A stretch of 64,000 nt of DNA from Chiloscyllium plagiosum. Lineage: Eukaryota. Both the position numbers and the translations under genes were made by a program. Of this stretch, positions 63,369-64,000 are shown in pieces. The stretch's first letter is position 1. Every line of letters starts with the position of its first letter. Where the stretch lies: the NCBI RefSeq assembly GCF_004010195.1, contig NC_057718.1, positions 99,121,780 through 99,185,779 of the forward strand. The letters run 5' to 3'. Under the pieces are notes generated by a model. It saw nothing but the letters and a program-made list of their open reading frames with translations, was not told the origin of the DNA and did not search any database.

Positions 63369-64000
63369 AAGACTGGTTTCCTTTGTTTATATTGTGCTGT
63401 GGTAGTGTCCCTATCCCTGAGCCAGGAGACCTGGGTTCAAGAAATACCCCTACCCCTTTCCCGGCATATCCATCACCTTTGATGATTGGCATTGCCAATA
63501 ATAGCCTTTGCACATAGATTAATCAATTAGAAGATTGATTATCATTAACTGGTTAAGAAATACTACAGGTGATTTAGTGATGAAGGAAATGTGTTCACTT
63601 GCGTGTAAGAGCACTTCTGAATATAAAAAGAAATCAATAAAGGGTGTATTTCATGGTGGTGCAGTAGTCCCAACTTCTAAACCAGGAGATCTAGGCTCAA
63701 GTCCCAACTGCTCCAGAGGTGTATAATAACACGTCTGAACAGGTCAATTAGGAAAAGACTGGATTTCAAGGGGCTTTAAATGTAAATTCAATCCTCTGCT
63801 TCCCCTCCTTTCCTGAGGTTTTACTTGTTTTCAAAACTCGACTCATTTCCCCAATTCCTGCCCCACCCTGTTGTGTGATTGTTTAGGTTTCATTTAAACA
63901 TTGTACGTTTATACAATTAAACAACATTATGAAATATGATTTTCAGAGAGAAAGGTGCTACCTCGTCTTCACAGCCTCTCTGTGGACTGGAGTCAGTGGT

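Overview
Eukaryotic DNA, very probably from a shark or other elasmobranch. This is inferred from HE1-like V-SINEs, HER1/CR1 LINEs and SacSINE1-like DeuSINEs. The only cellular gene is the 5' end of a Jagged1-type Notch ligand on the minus strand: coding exon 1 at 7246-7187, a 400-nt intron 1, a 306-nt exon 2 at 6786-6481, and an intron 2 that runs off the window start. The remaining ~56 kb upstream is gene-free and dense in retroelements: CR1 LINEs (one ~3.4 kb copy with ORF1 esterase, endonuclease and RT remnants), SINEs, a Rex1/Babar-like LINE, solo LTRs, a decayed pogo transposase and a Tigger-type MITE. The most striking non-gene signal is about 20 short Penelope-like (PLE) insertions from two or three families. 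Most carry a minimal hammerhead-ribozyme core (CUGANGA, helix II, GAAA, palindromic AGCU or ACGU, UH). Many are fold-back palindromes with 11-17 bp target-site duplications, and their truncation or inversion points cluster at the ribozyme. One such insertion has captured ~305 bp of neighbouring genomic DNA. Family names and comparisons with human JAG1 come from recall, not from database searches, and repeat boundaries are approximate unless TSDs are given.
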